NCBI RefSeq assembly: GCF_009914755.1
Contig: NC_060928.1
DNA: 64,000 nt
Reading direction: 5' to 3' (one strand)
Origin: the human T2T-CHM13v2.0 reference genome, Homo sapiens
Position numbers and translations under genes: made by a program. This document shows, piece by piece, positions 31,709 to 46,606 of the stretch; position 1 is the stretch's first letter; every line of letters starts with the position of its first letter. Below the pieces are notes generated by a model. It saw nothing but the letters and a program-made list of their open reading frames with translations, did no database searches and was not told the origin of the DNA.

Positions 31709-32505
31709 AGTTGTGTTTCTGTACACCAGAAGTGAATAATCTGAAAATGAAATTAAGAAAACAGTTGCATTTACACTGTCATCCAGAAGAATAGAATACA
31801 TAGCAGTAAATTTACCCAAGGTGAGATACTTGTATACTGAAAACTACAAAACATTTCAGAAAGAAATTAAGAAAATCTAAATAAATGGAAAGATATCCTG
31901 TGTTCATGGATTGAAAGACTTAATATTGTTAAGATGTAGGCACTAACCAAAGTGATCTATGGGTTCAGTGCAGTTCCTATCCAAATTTCAGTGACATTTT
32001 TTGCGGAAGTGAGAAGGCCAATTCTCAAACCCATATGGAATGCAAGGGGCCCCAAATAGCCAAAACAATATTGAAAAAGAACACAGCTGAAGGACTTTCA
32101 CTTTGCAATTTCAAAACTTACTACAAAGTTACCATATTCAAAATAGTGTGCTACTAGCATAAGAATAGACTATATGTAGACCAATGGAATTAGAATTAAG
32201 AGTCTGGAACTAAATCCATGAATACATGGATTTATGAATTAATCGAATATCCACAAGGATACTAAGACCATTCATTGGGGAAATAATAGATTCTTCAATT
32301 AATGCTGCTGGGACAACTGGATTTTCACATACAAAAATTGAAGTTGGACCCCTACCTTATACCATATATAAAAGTTAACTCCAAATGGATCAGTGGCCTA
32401 AATATAACAGTTGCCATAAAATTCTTAGAGGAAATCATGGGGTAGGGATCTTAAAGACTTTGGATTTGGCCATGGGTTCTTAGATATGACACCAAAAGCA
32501 CAAGG
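31709..32505 (+). mobile_element. L1M ORF2 internal fragment
   Basis: 'ctaaataaatggaaagatatcctgtgttcatggattgaaagacttaatattgttaagatg', 'ttcaaaacttactacaaag', 'gatatgacaccaaaagcacaa'. Confidence 0.88.
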
Positions 32506-32889
32506 AAGGAACACATTTAATGGAACCTCTTGGCTTATAAACCATAAACCCAGACCACTATGTCAAAACTATTATAAAAATCAAATTAGACCCATGTAAG
32601 CAGACTATATAGCCACTGATTTGGATAGTAATATGAGACCAAATTTTTATTTGTTGACAATTAACCTATATACAGTAACTAACCTGTAGAGTCTGCATCT
32701 AAGAAGTTTTGTCAAACTTTCCAAAGCTAACCATCAATGTCGTTATGGATAGAAGGTACCAAAGTCTTTAGTGTAACATATTTAGACAATAGAGGTGTTA
32801 GGAATAGTCTCCAGATGGATACTAAATTGGTTCTTATCCAACAACATTAAGAAATAGCCATTCTTCTGTAGTTCATTGTGCATGTTATT

Positions 32890-33528
32890 CTCCTCTATAA
32901 TATAGTAAAATATATATTTTGTCTTCCAGCTCTGTTTTCCTGGCATGCAACTCCTAAAATCCTTAGAATTTCCAAAGTAGTATCTTTTTCTATGCTGATG
33001 AGTTGACTAGTGGCTTCAGGGTGGGGTCACAGGAGAGAACAAGGCATGATTATAGGACTGGGACTTGAAGTCCATCCCACAAACTCCAGGGAGGGGAGAG
33101 GGGCTAAAGATTGAGTTGATCACTGATGACCAATGATTTAGTCATCTGTATCCTTTGTGATATCTTTAATAATAACCTGGTAAATTAAGTGTTTTTGCTG
33201 AGTTATGTGAGCCACTCTAGAAATTAATTGAACCCAAGCAGGGGTCATGGGAACCCTGATTTATAGCTCATCAGTCAGAAACATAGGTAAAACAACCTGG
33301 GGCTTGTGGTTGTTGCTGTCGGGTGTCAGTCTCCTGGGGTCCTGACACTGTCTCTAGGTAGACAGTTTCAGAACTGAATTGGAGGACACCTATCAGGTGT
33401 ATGTTGCAGAAATGAATGATTACTTGGTAGTAGGGAGAAATCCCCCATATATTTAGGGTTATAAAGTCTTCTGTATTGATTGCTGTGGTATGAGAGCAGA
33501 GGGAAAAAAATTTTTTTTTCAACTCATA
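32890..33528 (+). mobile_element. MER21-family LTR
   Basis: 'ctcctaaaatccttagaatttcc', 'gggaggggagaggggctaaagattgagttgatcac', 'aattaattgaacccaag...gtcatgggaaccc', 'gaattggaggacacc'. Confidence 0.8.
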
Positions 33529-33599
33529 TCCTCCCACTCCCCATAGCTGCTCTTGCCTTTATCAGTGTTGTGTGTGAAAGTCTGTATAAGGATAGAAAA

Positions 33600-34160
33600 G
33601 GAGATTGAGGTGGCCCTATGAACTGCGTAGCCCTGGATTCCATTCCATTGAGTTCAGCCAACGGGATGCATCAAGAATTTTTTTTTTTTTTTTTTTTTTT
33701 TGAGATAGGTTTCACTGTCACCCAGGCTGGAGTGCAGTGGTGCAATCATAGCTCGCTGCAGCCTTAAATTCCTGGGCTTAAGCGATCTTCCACCTCAGCT
33801 TCCTGAGTAGCTGGGACTACCAGCATGTGCCCCTGCACCTGGCTATCAACAGGAACTTAGAAGGTGGAAGGAGAAAGAGGTCAGGATATGTATTCCCGCT
33901 CCCTCCCTGCCCTAGAACCTCAATTCTAGTATTGGCTGTATCCCTTTATAACTGTATCTCTTGTCCTTTGAGCCTTCACCCCACTTCTTCAACAGCTTCA
34001 GCTTTGGGTTTTGATAATACTGTCTCCTCCCACTTACTCCTTCCAGGTCCTAAGCAGTAATAGCTTCCTGCAGTCCCTAGACTTTGGTTCCGTCAGCATG
34101 CCTTAACCTTTCCAGCACTTTGGGAAATATTCCCTAAGTTGATTTGTCTTCAGAGTCTCT
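33600..34160 (+). mobile_element. LTR33-like ERVL LTR interrupted by Alu half
   Basis: 'gagttcagccaacggga', 'gaggtcaggatatgtattcccgctccctccctg', end 'caggaccctgactaat'. Confidence 0.65.
33677..33844 (-). mobile_element. Alu right arm / FRAM
   Basis: Poly-T plus single monomer. Confidence 0.9.
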
Positions 34161-34960
34161 AACAGGACCCTGACTAATTTTCTATTTTATTTTTACAAGT
34201 AAAAATTGTATATATTTATGGTGTGTATGATGTTTTGATATATATACACATTTAGAATGGCTAAATCAAGCTACCTAATATATGTTTTACCTCACATACT
34301 TATTTTGGAAGATGAGAACATTTAAAATCTACTGCCTTAGCAATTTTCAAATACATGATATATTGTTAACTGTAGTCATCATGACATACAATAGGTTTCT
34401 TGAACTTATTGCTCCTGTCTAACTGAAATTTTGTGCCCTTTGGCCAGCACTACCTAATCCCTCTGCTAACCACCATTTACTCTCTCTGAGTTCAACTTTT
34501 TTACACTCCACATATAAGTGAGATCATGGGATATTTGAATTTCTGTGCCTGGTTTATTTCACTTTATGTGATGTCCTCCAGGGTCATCCATGTTGTCAAA
34601 ACATAACAGACTTTCCTTCTTTTTTTAGGCTGAATAGTATTCCATTTTGTTGCACATTTTCTTTATCCATTCATTTGTTGATGGACGCTTAGGTTGATTT
34701 CATATCTTGGCTATTGTGAATAGTGCTACAATAAACATGGGAGTACAGATAGCTCTTTGATATACTGATTTCTTTTCTTTTCTTTTAGATATATACCCAG
34801 CAGTGGGTTTGCTAGACTATATAATAGTTATATTTTTTATTTTTTGAGGACCCTCTGTGCTGTTTTCTGTAATTGCTTATAGAAATTGACTAGTTGACAT
34901 TCCCATGTAGAAAAAGGGATCCCTTTTTTCTACATCCTTGCCAACCCTAATTTTTTTATC
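34160..34960 (-). mobile_element. L1MA 3' end
   Basis: 'aaaattgtatatatttatggtg...gagaacatttaaaatctact..cttagcaattttcaa...ccacatataagtgagatcatg'. Confidence 0.88.
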
Positions 34961-36837
34961 TTCCAACTTAATTTTTTTTTCCTGTTGGCTAATACAACTT
35001 TGGCCTGTCAAATCATGGTAGACATTCTGTGAATAGTATCACTGTAGTAGAAGCCAGAATGTTTTATAGAGGAAATGTAGAACAGAAATTAAATCTGGGG
35101 AGTCAGATAAATAGAGGTAGATTAAAAGGATCTTTCATATTAGTGTTATTGCATTTTTCTCAGTGTCTCCAAAGAGTTTGAAATGTTGTATACGTTATTT
35201 AGAATTGTACTCAGAAGATAAAGTATTTTACCAACAACTGAGCTTAATTTTTATAGTTTATTAGTATCTTCATTTCCTAGTCTCCGAAGACCATCTTCTC
35301 ATAAAAGTGCTTATATATGTAAAAGTTTGTTTGCATTTTCAACCTGTATCCCTTGATACTCATCCAGAAACCTAGGGTGAGAATACCTGTGTTAACTGTT
35401 TTTAAAAATTTCCATGACATGTTTGGTCAGGGGAGAAGAATGTTCTGTGACAAGTGCCAGTTTTACTGGTGAGGTAGAAAAGGCCTTAGAAGGTGCTAGT
35501 AAGACAGAAAAAGAACTGTAGGAAGAAATCAGTATCGGAGAGCACAGAGATCCTCAATCCTTGGATATATACCACCCAGTGAAGCAGATCAGAAAGACCT
35601 ATATTTTATAGTGCTGTCACAACATACAAGCTGGAAAGCACCCTATTATATGTGAATTGGCCACAGCTAAGAGTAAATGATTGAAATCTTTTAAAACTTT
35701 TAGTTACATTGTTTACAATTTGGGGTAAATGTCTAGATAAGTCATTTAAATTTTTTCACCTAAACTCATAATTTTGCTTCTAGAGTCCTAACGAGTAGTG
35801 AAATGGAGATTAATCTTGAAAATCCCATTAGCTTACATCACTAGAAGCACTTTGTCCACCTGCTTCCTGGACCTAGAAGAGTAAACCTGTGGTTGTCCAG
35901 TTCTAGGTGGTAGCTTTAAGATACTGCAGGCGAAGACATATATTTGTGACCAGCAGATTACAAACAAGCAAGAAAGTGTAATCCCATTCTGCTATATTTT
36001 TAATGGACAGGATTGGATATATCTTTCTAATCATAGAAGACGTCTGGAAGAAAATGGTTTCTGCAGAGGGAAATTAATGTATTGAAGGTGGGAACAAGAT
36101 TTTGGTTTTTACATACACATTTCTGTACTGTTTGTTGTTGCTATTGTTTTACCATGAGTTTGTATTACTCAATAAAATAACAAAAATGGTGAGATCAGGA
36201 AGGACACCTTTTCTTGCTATGTAGATTATTTTTGCCTCATCCTTGGTTCCTTAGTTTCCATTTCCTTACAGTATTTTCCAGTTACTCGTTTTTAACAATC
36301 TGTGGGGTCTGTCCATAGTTTTTCCTTTTTCTTGTCCTGATTAATAGCCTCCCAATTTATTTTCTCATCGCCTGCATACAACTCAGACCCTCCTATTGAA
36401 CGTGAAACCTTCTACCTATTCACCCCTCTACACAGATCACGCATCATTTTCTTGTCTTAACTGTTTCAGTTGTTCCGTGATTTTTGTTCTATGCCTTTGA
36501 GGATTTATTGTTTACAAAGAACTAAAGTATTTTTAGTTTATTTGTTTAAGCTACCCTCAAAAGATAATAATAGGCAAAAGAAACACCGTAAGAACATACC
36601 AAAATTCCACTGAAAGCTAACTAGGGAATGTTGGCTTCCAATCTTAGCTAGAAAATGATCAAAATTCGATACTGGTTGATTTTTTAAAATATGAATTGTG
36701 AGTCATATTCAAAAAGAGCCACAGCTTGCAGTTGTAGTCCCAAACTAAAGTAGGTATAGATAGATAGTTCCAAGAGATCATCTGTATTACAGGGATCAGG
36801 CAAAATTGCTTTCACCTGGAGAGCCGTTTGCATGGAA

Positions 36838-37070
36838 ATACAGCATGGTTAGAGGTAGCCCTCTGGATCCGACTGCTTGCTTCAAATCAAACTGCACTTT
36901 CACTGTGCTTAACCTCAGTCAAGTTACTTGCTTCTTTTGGCTTTAATGTTATCTTGCATAAAAATCAGTATATTTAAAATACCTCACTAGTTTGTTACAT
37001 GATTAAATGAGACAATGTATATAAAATAACACAGAGCCTGTTATATGGTTACTTTTAGCCATTAACAGCA
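36838..37070 (+). mobile_element. MIR
   Basis: 'agcatggttagag...caagttactt...gattaaatgagacaatgtatataaa'. Confidence 0.7.
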
Positions 37071-38542
37071 TAATCATAAAATATCACATTATAAAGTTGC
37101 AAGAGATTCTTTCCATACCTCCTCAAAAGAGTTTTTACTTGGACCTTCCAGCATTTGAAGCTATGTCACCAGTGGCAGTCTTTTTGACTTCATATACCTT
37201 CCAAATAAGTAGTTTTATTTTCAAAAAGCTGAATGCTATAGTAATGGTGTTTATCAAATATGTTACCAATATTTGAAGTTTTGATACCATTTCTTATATG
37301 CAGATTGATCTTCGTGTACAAGCTAAAGCTAAACCGTGCTAACAATATTTAATGGGTATACATCCTGTATAGAATAAAATATTTCCTGAATTTCATTTTC
37401 CTTTTCCAGAATTTTATACATACATGCTCATGGAAACACACACAAGCACACCTCTCTGTGCCCTAACAACAACAAAAATCTTATAAGTTTAGACTTCTTT
37501 TGATTAAAATCATATGGTTAGTCCCAAAACTACAAATATATTTTTAATTTAAGTAAAAGAGGACACTCCAACAAAACTAGTATTCACTGCACCTCTGAGC
37601 ATAGCACACATCCTTTCTGAGTTCAGGTGGGTACAATTAGCTGCTAGTAAAAATGAACCATTAGTGAAGTCAGTGAATATTAAATGTGGGACTTACAAGG
37701 CTAGGAATGACAAATAATGGGAAAAAACATTTTGTACTCTAATTTTAAAAAGAACTATTTAGGAGACAGCTGTAGCTGGGGTAGCTTTCTCTTGTAGAGG
37801 CATTTGCTCCATTGTTGAGGGTTGGTACTGTCTAAAGTTAAACCATTTCAGTGATGCCTAGCATGGAACACTTGACAACCAACCTTCCAGGTAGGAAATG
37901 AGACGTCCTTGCCAGCAAGTCCATATAATACTACAATTTTTATGACTAGACTATTTTTGCAGAAGTACTTATTGCTTAATTGACATTAAACTTAAGTAAG
38001 TCTATCTCTTTCTCTTAAAAATAATCTTAATAACAAATAGAAATCTTTAGTATCCCAGTCTAACTCAGTTTAGTCCTATTTAGTTTGGGATAAGAAAGTA
38101 ATGTATCAGTTATTTTGGCAAATTATTTATAGAAGCTATGTGGAATAAGCTGTATCTATTTAGATTTTATATAATTTGGTAATTAGCATACAATAGCTTA
38201 CATGAAATAAATTCTTGAAATAGTAGAAATTATGAGTAATTCCACTGGGCTTACTCTTGTCTTAGATTACATAGATATAAGTATTCTTGGGCATTTTGAT
38301 GCTAGACCAATGATTTATAATATCAAATACATTTATTTTTAATACCAACAAAGGTCACTGGGGTTCAAAGAAGTAAGATTAAGCAGTCAAGGAAACGTGT
38401 GGGACAATAGTAACACAAATACTACTTTTAATGCCCTCAGTTGCTTTACTGTTAGTAGAAAGTTTAGTAAATAAAACAGATGACAGATCTCATATCAGAG
38501 TAAACCTAGCAATAGGGCATTAACATTGATCTTATTAAAATA

Positions 38543-39122
38543 CAGTTGACCCTTTGAACACCACAGGTTTGAATTGCACAGGTTCACTTATATGTGGATT
38601 TTTTTCAATAAATATATTGGAAAAATTTTTGGACATTTTTGATAATGAGGAAAAACCATGTGGCCTAGAAATATAAAAAAAATTAAGAAAAAATGTCATG
38701 AATGTATTAAATATGTATATACTAGTCTATTTTACCATTTACTAACATGAAATATACACAAATCTATTATAAAAAGTTAAAATTATCAAAACCTACACAC
38801 ACAAACACTACTCAGCCTTAAGACGATAAGGATGAAGACATGAAGACCTTTATGATCTGCTTCCACTTAATGAATAGTAAATATATTTTATCTTCTTTAT
38901 GATTTTATTAACCTTTTTTCTCTAGCTCACTTTATTATAAGAATACAGTATATAATACATATAAAATACAAAATATGTGTCAGGCTATGTTATTGGTAAG
39001 GCTTCCAGTCAATAATAGGCTATTAGTAGTTAAATTTTTTGGAGAGTCTCAGGTTAAAGGAGAATTTTTGATGTGTGTAGGGTTTGGCACCTCTAGCCCC
39101 CATGCTTTTTGTGCATCAACTG
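38543..39122. mobile_element. Tigger2-derived MITE
   Basis: TA|cagttgaccctttgaac...gatgaagacctttatgat...tcaactg|TA. Confidence 0.85.
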
Positions 39123-39509
39123 TAATTCATTTTGCCTGCATGATAACTGCTTATTTTTTAAGATATATTTTGAAGACTCAAAATAATATCATGTTGATAT
39201 AGAAACATTCCATTTCCATTTGTAATTAAAATTGAAAAAATTTTAATTCTTCCATTTACCTTGACTATCACAAATACATGTAATGATTTTTTAAACCCAG
39301 TCTAGAGCTGAACCAGTTAAGACAAAATTGACATAACAGATTTGCCCACTTTTCCATTAAATATTTTTATCCCTAATCAGGCCCTCAAGTTACCTGCTAA
39401 TGCTAATTGTATGACTTGGGGTAATATGGATCAATTATTGTATTTTTTAAAGGCTAGAAATTATTGGATAAATTGTGGAAATTTTAATTATTTCTAGACC
39501 TCATTTGTA

Positions 39510-39690
39510 GAATAAAGTTTAATCAGAATGTTTGAGCTAAAGGAAATCCTAGATGTCATGGTCCAGTCCCTCTCCTTTTACAGATAAGAAAACGTGAAGC
39601 TCTAGAAATTAATATCTTTGCCATTATCATCAGTATATGAGAACAGACCTGCAAAAGTGAACTCATTTATTTCAATAGCCCATCCTTTTT
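39510..39690 (-). mobile_element. MIR
   Basis: 'agaatgtttgagctaaaggaaatcctaga...ttttacagataagaaaac'. Confidence 0.6.
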
Positions 39691-40080
39691 TCCCCCTTAT
39701 GCCACAATGCCTCTTAACTTTTAATTTCCTACCAGTTCACTCTTCTTCCCAAAGTGCTCCTTCTGTTAATTACTATTTTTCCTACCTTCCCTCCACACCA
39801 ACTAAAGAAAAATTCCTAGTGCCTATTTCCTCTCAGCCTCTAGGGATATTTATTGCCTGAATGAATCTCTTCAGTAGCATTTTCAAAAGTGTGACAAGAT
39901 GAAAAGGACATTCTAATGTCAGAGGAACTCTTTAGGGCTTTACTAATACGAAAGGTATTCTGTCTATGAATCTGCCCTAGTTACAGTCTTTCTTCTTCTC
40001 TCTTGTTTTTTACTTCACTCTTGAACTACATGGGTTCTCTAAAAACTTAGGTTATTTTTGGTTTTAACTATATGATCTCC

Positions 40081-40152
40081 TAGTAGGGCAAGTATAAAAG
40101 GACAAGGTATACATATGTTTAAAGTCTTGTCCTTTTATGCCTGCCTTACCTA
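40081..40152. repeat. Inverted repeat / stem-loop (~26-bp stem, 19-nt loop)
   Basis: tagtagggcaagtataaaaggacaag pairs with cttgtccttttatgcctgccttaccta. Confidence 0.9.
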
Positions 40153-40756
40153 CTGAATCTAAAATTGGTAATTAAGTATTATAGACATTGAGGTCCCAGA
40201 ATTTTATATCTCAAGACAAAAAAAGAATATAGGCAGCACAATGTCATGAGATTTGACCTATGACAGGTTTTTCTTGAATGTTTCTAGGAGGTATTCCACT
40301 GGCTTTTTTTCAATATCAGACATCACCATATTATGCTTTTTTAAACGTATGTAGATAAAAGTGAATGTGGAACATAAATTTGCACAGTCTTCCTGGAAGG
40401 TGGTTAATATATAATATAAAAACTTCAAGTACTCACCTTTTGTCCTATAAATTCTATTTTTAAAACTTTGTCCTAGATAATAAGACAAATAATCCAAGAT
40501 TGAATCTGCCTTAGAGAGTTGCTTTAAGGATTATTGCATATACACTATATCTACATAACAGAATGAGAAACTATTAAAATGGTGATACATATATCTGTAT
40601 GCATTAACATTAAAAGAAGTTCATGCATTTATTAACTGGAAAAGTAGATTACAAAACTATAAATAACACAACATTTATGTAAAACTATGTATGTTACAAT
40701 GGTCTGGAAAATTGTTCCCCAAACTGCTAACAGAGCCATCACGTTTATTATTTTTA

Positions 40757-41061
40757 CTTTTTTTTTTTTTTTTTAAAGAAACAAAGCCTCACTCTGTCAC
40801 CCAGGCCAGAGCACAGTGGTGCAGTCATAGTTCAGTGTAGCTTCAGACTCCTAGTCTTTTGCCTCAGCCTTCTGAGTAGCTGGGACTGCAGGTGCACACC
40901 ACTTTGCCTTGCCAGTTTTTTCAAATTTTTTTTGTAGAGGTGGGGAAGTGGAGGGGCTCACTTTGTTGCCCAGACTGGTCTCATGTCTCCTGGCTTCAAG
41001 TGGTCCTTCCACCTTGGCTTCCCAAAATGCTGGGATACAGGTATGAGCCACCATGTCCAGA
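40757..41061 (-). mobile_element. AluJ-like, diverged
   Basis: Poly-T plus Alu dimer; flanking tttttacttttt. Confidence 0.92.
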
Positions 41062-41801
41062 CAATTTTTACTTTTTAATTAATGTTAATCAACATTATAG
41101 CAATATTGTATATAATAAATATGAACCACTTTTATAGTCAGAGAAAGCAATGAAATTATTTTTATTTTAAAAACAAACCAAATGTACATAGCCTTGGTAT
41201 TTACTAGCAGTATGACTTTTAACTTGTTACACACTTCCTCATTTGTAAAAGGGTGTAAATGTCAGTCATATTCCCATCCCATCTTCCTCCCCATTTATGA
41301 ATCCTGAGCCCCTGTTGGCTCCATTAACAGCTGGAGTAAATGCCTTTTGACAGATGTGAGGGTCAGATTTCTCATCAGCAACTTCCTTAGCAGAAGCAGT
41401 GTTGTTAAATAGAAAAGGTGGAGGGAAACCAAGATGTTGACAGAGCCTAGAAGAGAAGTTAGCATGATGATCTAAAGGAGTATTTGCAAAGTCCAGAATT
41501 ATGTGGCTATTTTAAGACTGTCTTTAGTTTTATTGTCATTAACTTAATGAGTTTCAGGAAAGAGGGAATGTCTCTTTTGATTCATTTTGATTCAACAGTT
41601 TTATTTTTAGGTATATACAGAGGAGAATTCTCTTGGTTAAAAATAAAAAAGGAAAACTTACACAGCTGAAGTGAATGGTACTCTGAAGTATCTGTGGGGA
41701 GACTGTAGTTAGTGACTTGTGTCATACCCCTTCCACCCATACCAGATCCTTTCCTTTGAGACATGGGTGCTTTTCCCTGGCTAGTCTTAGAAGCAATCAC
41801 A

Positions 41802-41883
41802 TTTTTATATAATGAACTCTGAGGGGTTTAAAAATGAGTGAGACATGGTATCCTGGAGTGCAGCATATGTCTGCTCAGCATTT
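41802..41883 (-). promoter_or_regulatory. Candidate TATA-box promoter (TATATAAAAA, E-box, Maf half-site)
   Basis: Minus-strand TATATAAAAA at 41811-41802; CATATG at 41864-41869; AAATGCTGA at 41883-41875; motif-only evidence. Confidence 0.25.
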
Positions 41884-42731
41884 ACAGGTTTGTTTGTTTT
41901 TTTCCTCTCTTTACTTTTCCATTTAGTAGACACTAGGCCATAAACCCGTTTTAATTTATTCACTGAGAAGGAAATGACATAATATTCACTGCTGTGGCTG
42001 CATAGGTCATCAATTCCCTGGGACTCAGGATTACATCTGAGCTGATATCAGACTCCCTCTTCCCAGGATAGTAAAATTTGAAGTCTGTGTGTCAGGGGCC
42101 TGCAGTGTAAGTATTCGAGAAAGTTTGTTCAAAGTATTTCCTTTCCAAAAAGCAGGAATTAGAGAAGCAAGAATACAGGAGCAGGATGGTGTATTAGGAA
42201 TTTTAGCTTAAGATTCCTTTACAATTTCTTCTCCTAAGAAATTTTAGCTCTCTTTAACAGTGTGGTTGTCAAGTATGCTAGTGAATCTTACAAAAATTAT
42301 GCAACTGGAGAAATGAAATTATTTGCTATTTGTACTGGCTTATGTGCAGGCAAAATAAAAGTAGGCAATGGATGGAAGAAAACAGAGACTTTTGCTTTAT
42401 TAAGGTGAAGTGAATTTCACCTCCTTTTATCGTTTGAAGTATTGAGAGGTTTTTGTTAGAGTGTTTTGTTTGGAAAAGTTATACAGATTTTGCCTTTAAG
42501 AACAAAATTTTAAATCTCTCTAAGAGGTTTAGTATTGAGTGGCAATTATTTTGTTTACTTGTCTGTCTTCTCTGTTGACTATGAACTCCTTCGTGGTGGA
42601 GATGGTGTTGCTTATGTTTGATAAGTCCAATCCCAGACTCATAAATGTTTATTTGGTTGGATAATTAGCAAATTAATTAATTTTGCCTGTTAATGCAGAT
42701 AATTTTGCTTAAAAATAGTTTTACATAAACA

Positions 42732-42783
42732 CATATACATACATACATACATACATACATACATACATACATACATACATACA
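42732..42783. repeat. (TACA)n microsatellite
   Basis: About 12 tandem units. Confidence 0.95.
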
Positions 42784-43024
42784 GTGGGCCTACCTTCTAT
42801 TTTCTGCTGCTTTCAACTTAAGCTTGGGAATATTTTTGCTATAGCTATTTACAAAGTTTTTGCATTAAAGGATTAAATCACTCTAAGTTGAGTGGGAATT
42901 GGAAGGAGCAATAATATTGGGGCTATTTTTAAAATGTCTGTATGCTGGAGAATAGGAAATGGTTAACTATGGCCAGACCTATACCCTAGCATATCTAAAT
43001 CTATTACAAAAGTGAATTAACCAC

Positions 43025-43597
43025 TGTATTAAAGTTTTCTAGAGAGACAGATCCAATAGGAGCCATTTATTATCTAGATCTATATATGAGTTTATTAGGG
43101 AGCACTGGCTCATGTGATAACACTGTGAAGTCCCATGATAGGCTATCTACAAGCTGGGGGAAGACAAAAGCTGATAGGGGGCCCAGTCCAAGTCATAAAG
43201 CCTTAAAACCAGGGAATCCGACAGTGCAGTTATCAGTCTGTGGCTGAAAGCCTGAGAGCCTCCAGGAGGCCGCTGGTACAATTCCACAGTCCAAAGGCTG
43301 GATAACCTGGAGTATGATGTTCAGGAGTAGTAAGAGAGGAGGCAAGCGTCTGACACAGGTAGAAAGAGAAAGCCAGAAGTCTCAGCAAACTGCTTATACC
43401 CCTTCTCCTGCCTGTTTTGTTGTAGCTGCTGGCGGCCATTGGATGGCACCTGCATTGAAGGGTATTGCTTTCAGTCCATCAACTCAAATGTCAGTCTCCT
43501 CTGACAACACCCTCACAGACACACCCAGTAACAATTCTTTACCAGCCATCTAGGCATCCCTCGGTTCAGTCACACCTAATATTAACTAACCGTCACA
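43025..43597 (-). mobile_element. MLT2B-like ERVL solo LTR
   Basis: tgtatt...gttttctagagagacaga...gaagtcccatgataggct...acaccctcacagacacaccca...taaccgtcaca; TSD accac/accgc. Confidence 0.88.
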
Positions 43598-43963
43598 ACC
43601 GCCATTCCCCATATTAGTACTTAGTGTGCTAAGTCAGTGCAAAATGTGGGACACTTAATTTACATAATTTCTTTTTATATTTTAATTCCTGTGAATAATA
43701 TGTGTGCTCTTAAGTATTTATAAACATAAACATAGAAAAACAAACACTTGTGATTTTTATATTCTTGAGTTTAAGGAAATATATTTAATCTATTTCAGGC
43801 AGTTAAAATATAATTTTACTTGTGCATGTGTATAAAATATTTCTCAAAGTAGTACTCTGTAACAAGAAAACCTTGACCCTGTTTCTTCAAATGAATATAA
43901 GCTCTAATAAATAGACATTTGTTCAATCTCTGAACTATTTAACTGTAATGAGTTGAAAAAAAA

Positions 43964-44257
<294 letters not shown>

Positions 44258-44418
44258 AGAAAATCTTAAATCTATACTATAGAGTCTGACAAGAATTTGG
44301 GACCCAAAAGCAATATAATTCTATTACATATTTATCTTAACAAGTAACATTTTAAAAGTCCATGTAATTTATAGATTTATTTGCTTTCTCTAACAAGTAA
44401 TGCTTCTAATAAAAATCT

Positions 44419-44813
<395 letters not shown>

Positions 44814-45236
44814 TTAGCAGTGATTCTTGTGTTATTAATGAGCTAAAAACTTCTTCAGCTTATAATGGTTAATCAGTTTTTAAATGAATTTACCAATTTT
44901 GTAATTAAACAAAATCAATCATTTTGGAGGCTCAGGTAGTCATAATATTGTGTAAGATTGGCACATGTTTTTATGAGGTTAATTTATGTGGTGTCCTAAC
45001 TTCATAAATTTGATACATGAACGACATAGGACATTTTAAAAAACCTACATAGTGTCTTACATCAACTATGTAGTATCCTATGTAGTGTGTATCTCTGGGA
45101 AATTTCTTTAGTGATTGTCTCCGTAGCACTGCAGCTGCCTGTCTAGTTGGTAGCCACTGGCCACATGTGGCTATTGAGCACCTGAAATGTGGCTTTTCCA
45201 GCACCTGAAGTGGGGCTTTTCCAAATGGAGATGTGA

Positions 45237-45552
<316 letters not shown>

Positions 45553-45732
45553 TGAGATGTCTTTTATACACCAGATTTTGAAGACTATTCAAAAACAATG
45601 TAAAATATTTTTAAACAATTGTTAACATTGATTTTTAAATGATGATATTCTGGAATATTGGATTGAATATATTACATTTGTTTTACTTTTTTAAAAACCT
45701 TTAAAATATAGTTTCTTAAAAAATGTAAAAAT

Positions 45733-46048
<316 letters not shown>

Positions 46049-46606
46049 TCATACTATATTTCTTTTGAACAACACTGATCTAAAGTGCTATGTTTTTCAT
46101 TGTCCGTTTAAATGGATTATGATGTAATTAGACTAGAGATCTCATGGGTTTTAGAACTAAAATGTTCTGGGGTCAGATGTGGCTTCTGGCTTTTACTTAT
46201 TTGTATTTCTGGCCTCAGTTGTACCCGAAAATAAATTTTTGTTGGAAATACAGTTTGTCCTGAGCTAATAGAGGAACATGATTTACCTTCAATTCTGGAG
46301 AGCTAGTAAAATAATTTAGAACACTATGTCAAGAATGATTCTTTCTCACTCATAACACTTTCTTGTGTGTCTGTTATTTTAAGTATCAAAATTCTCCTTT
46401 AAAACTCTGGGATAGATGTTTCACATGTTTCTTCTTGACCTAAAAGGTGTCATTTTCAGGCACCAAAAGTTCTTAAACACTAATATTCTGGTATGTAGCT
46501 GCTGATGAAAAATGTACTTCTTAGCAAATCCTAAGCTGGATACACATAAAATCACACAAGGCATAGCATGATAAAATTGTATAAAACCAATGATAAAGAG
46601 GAAAAT

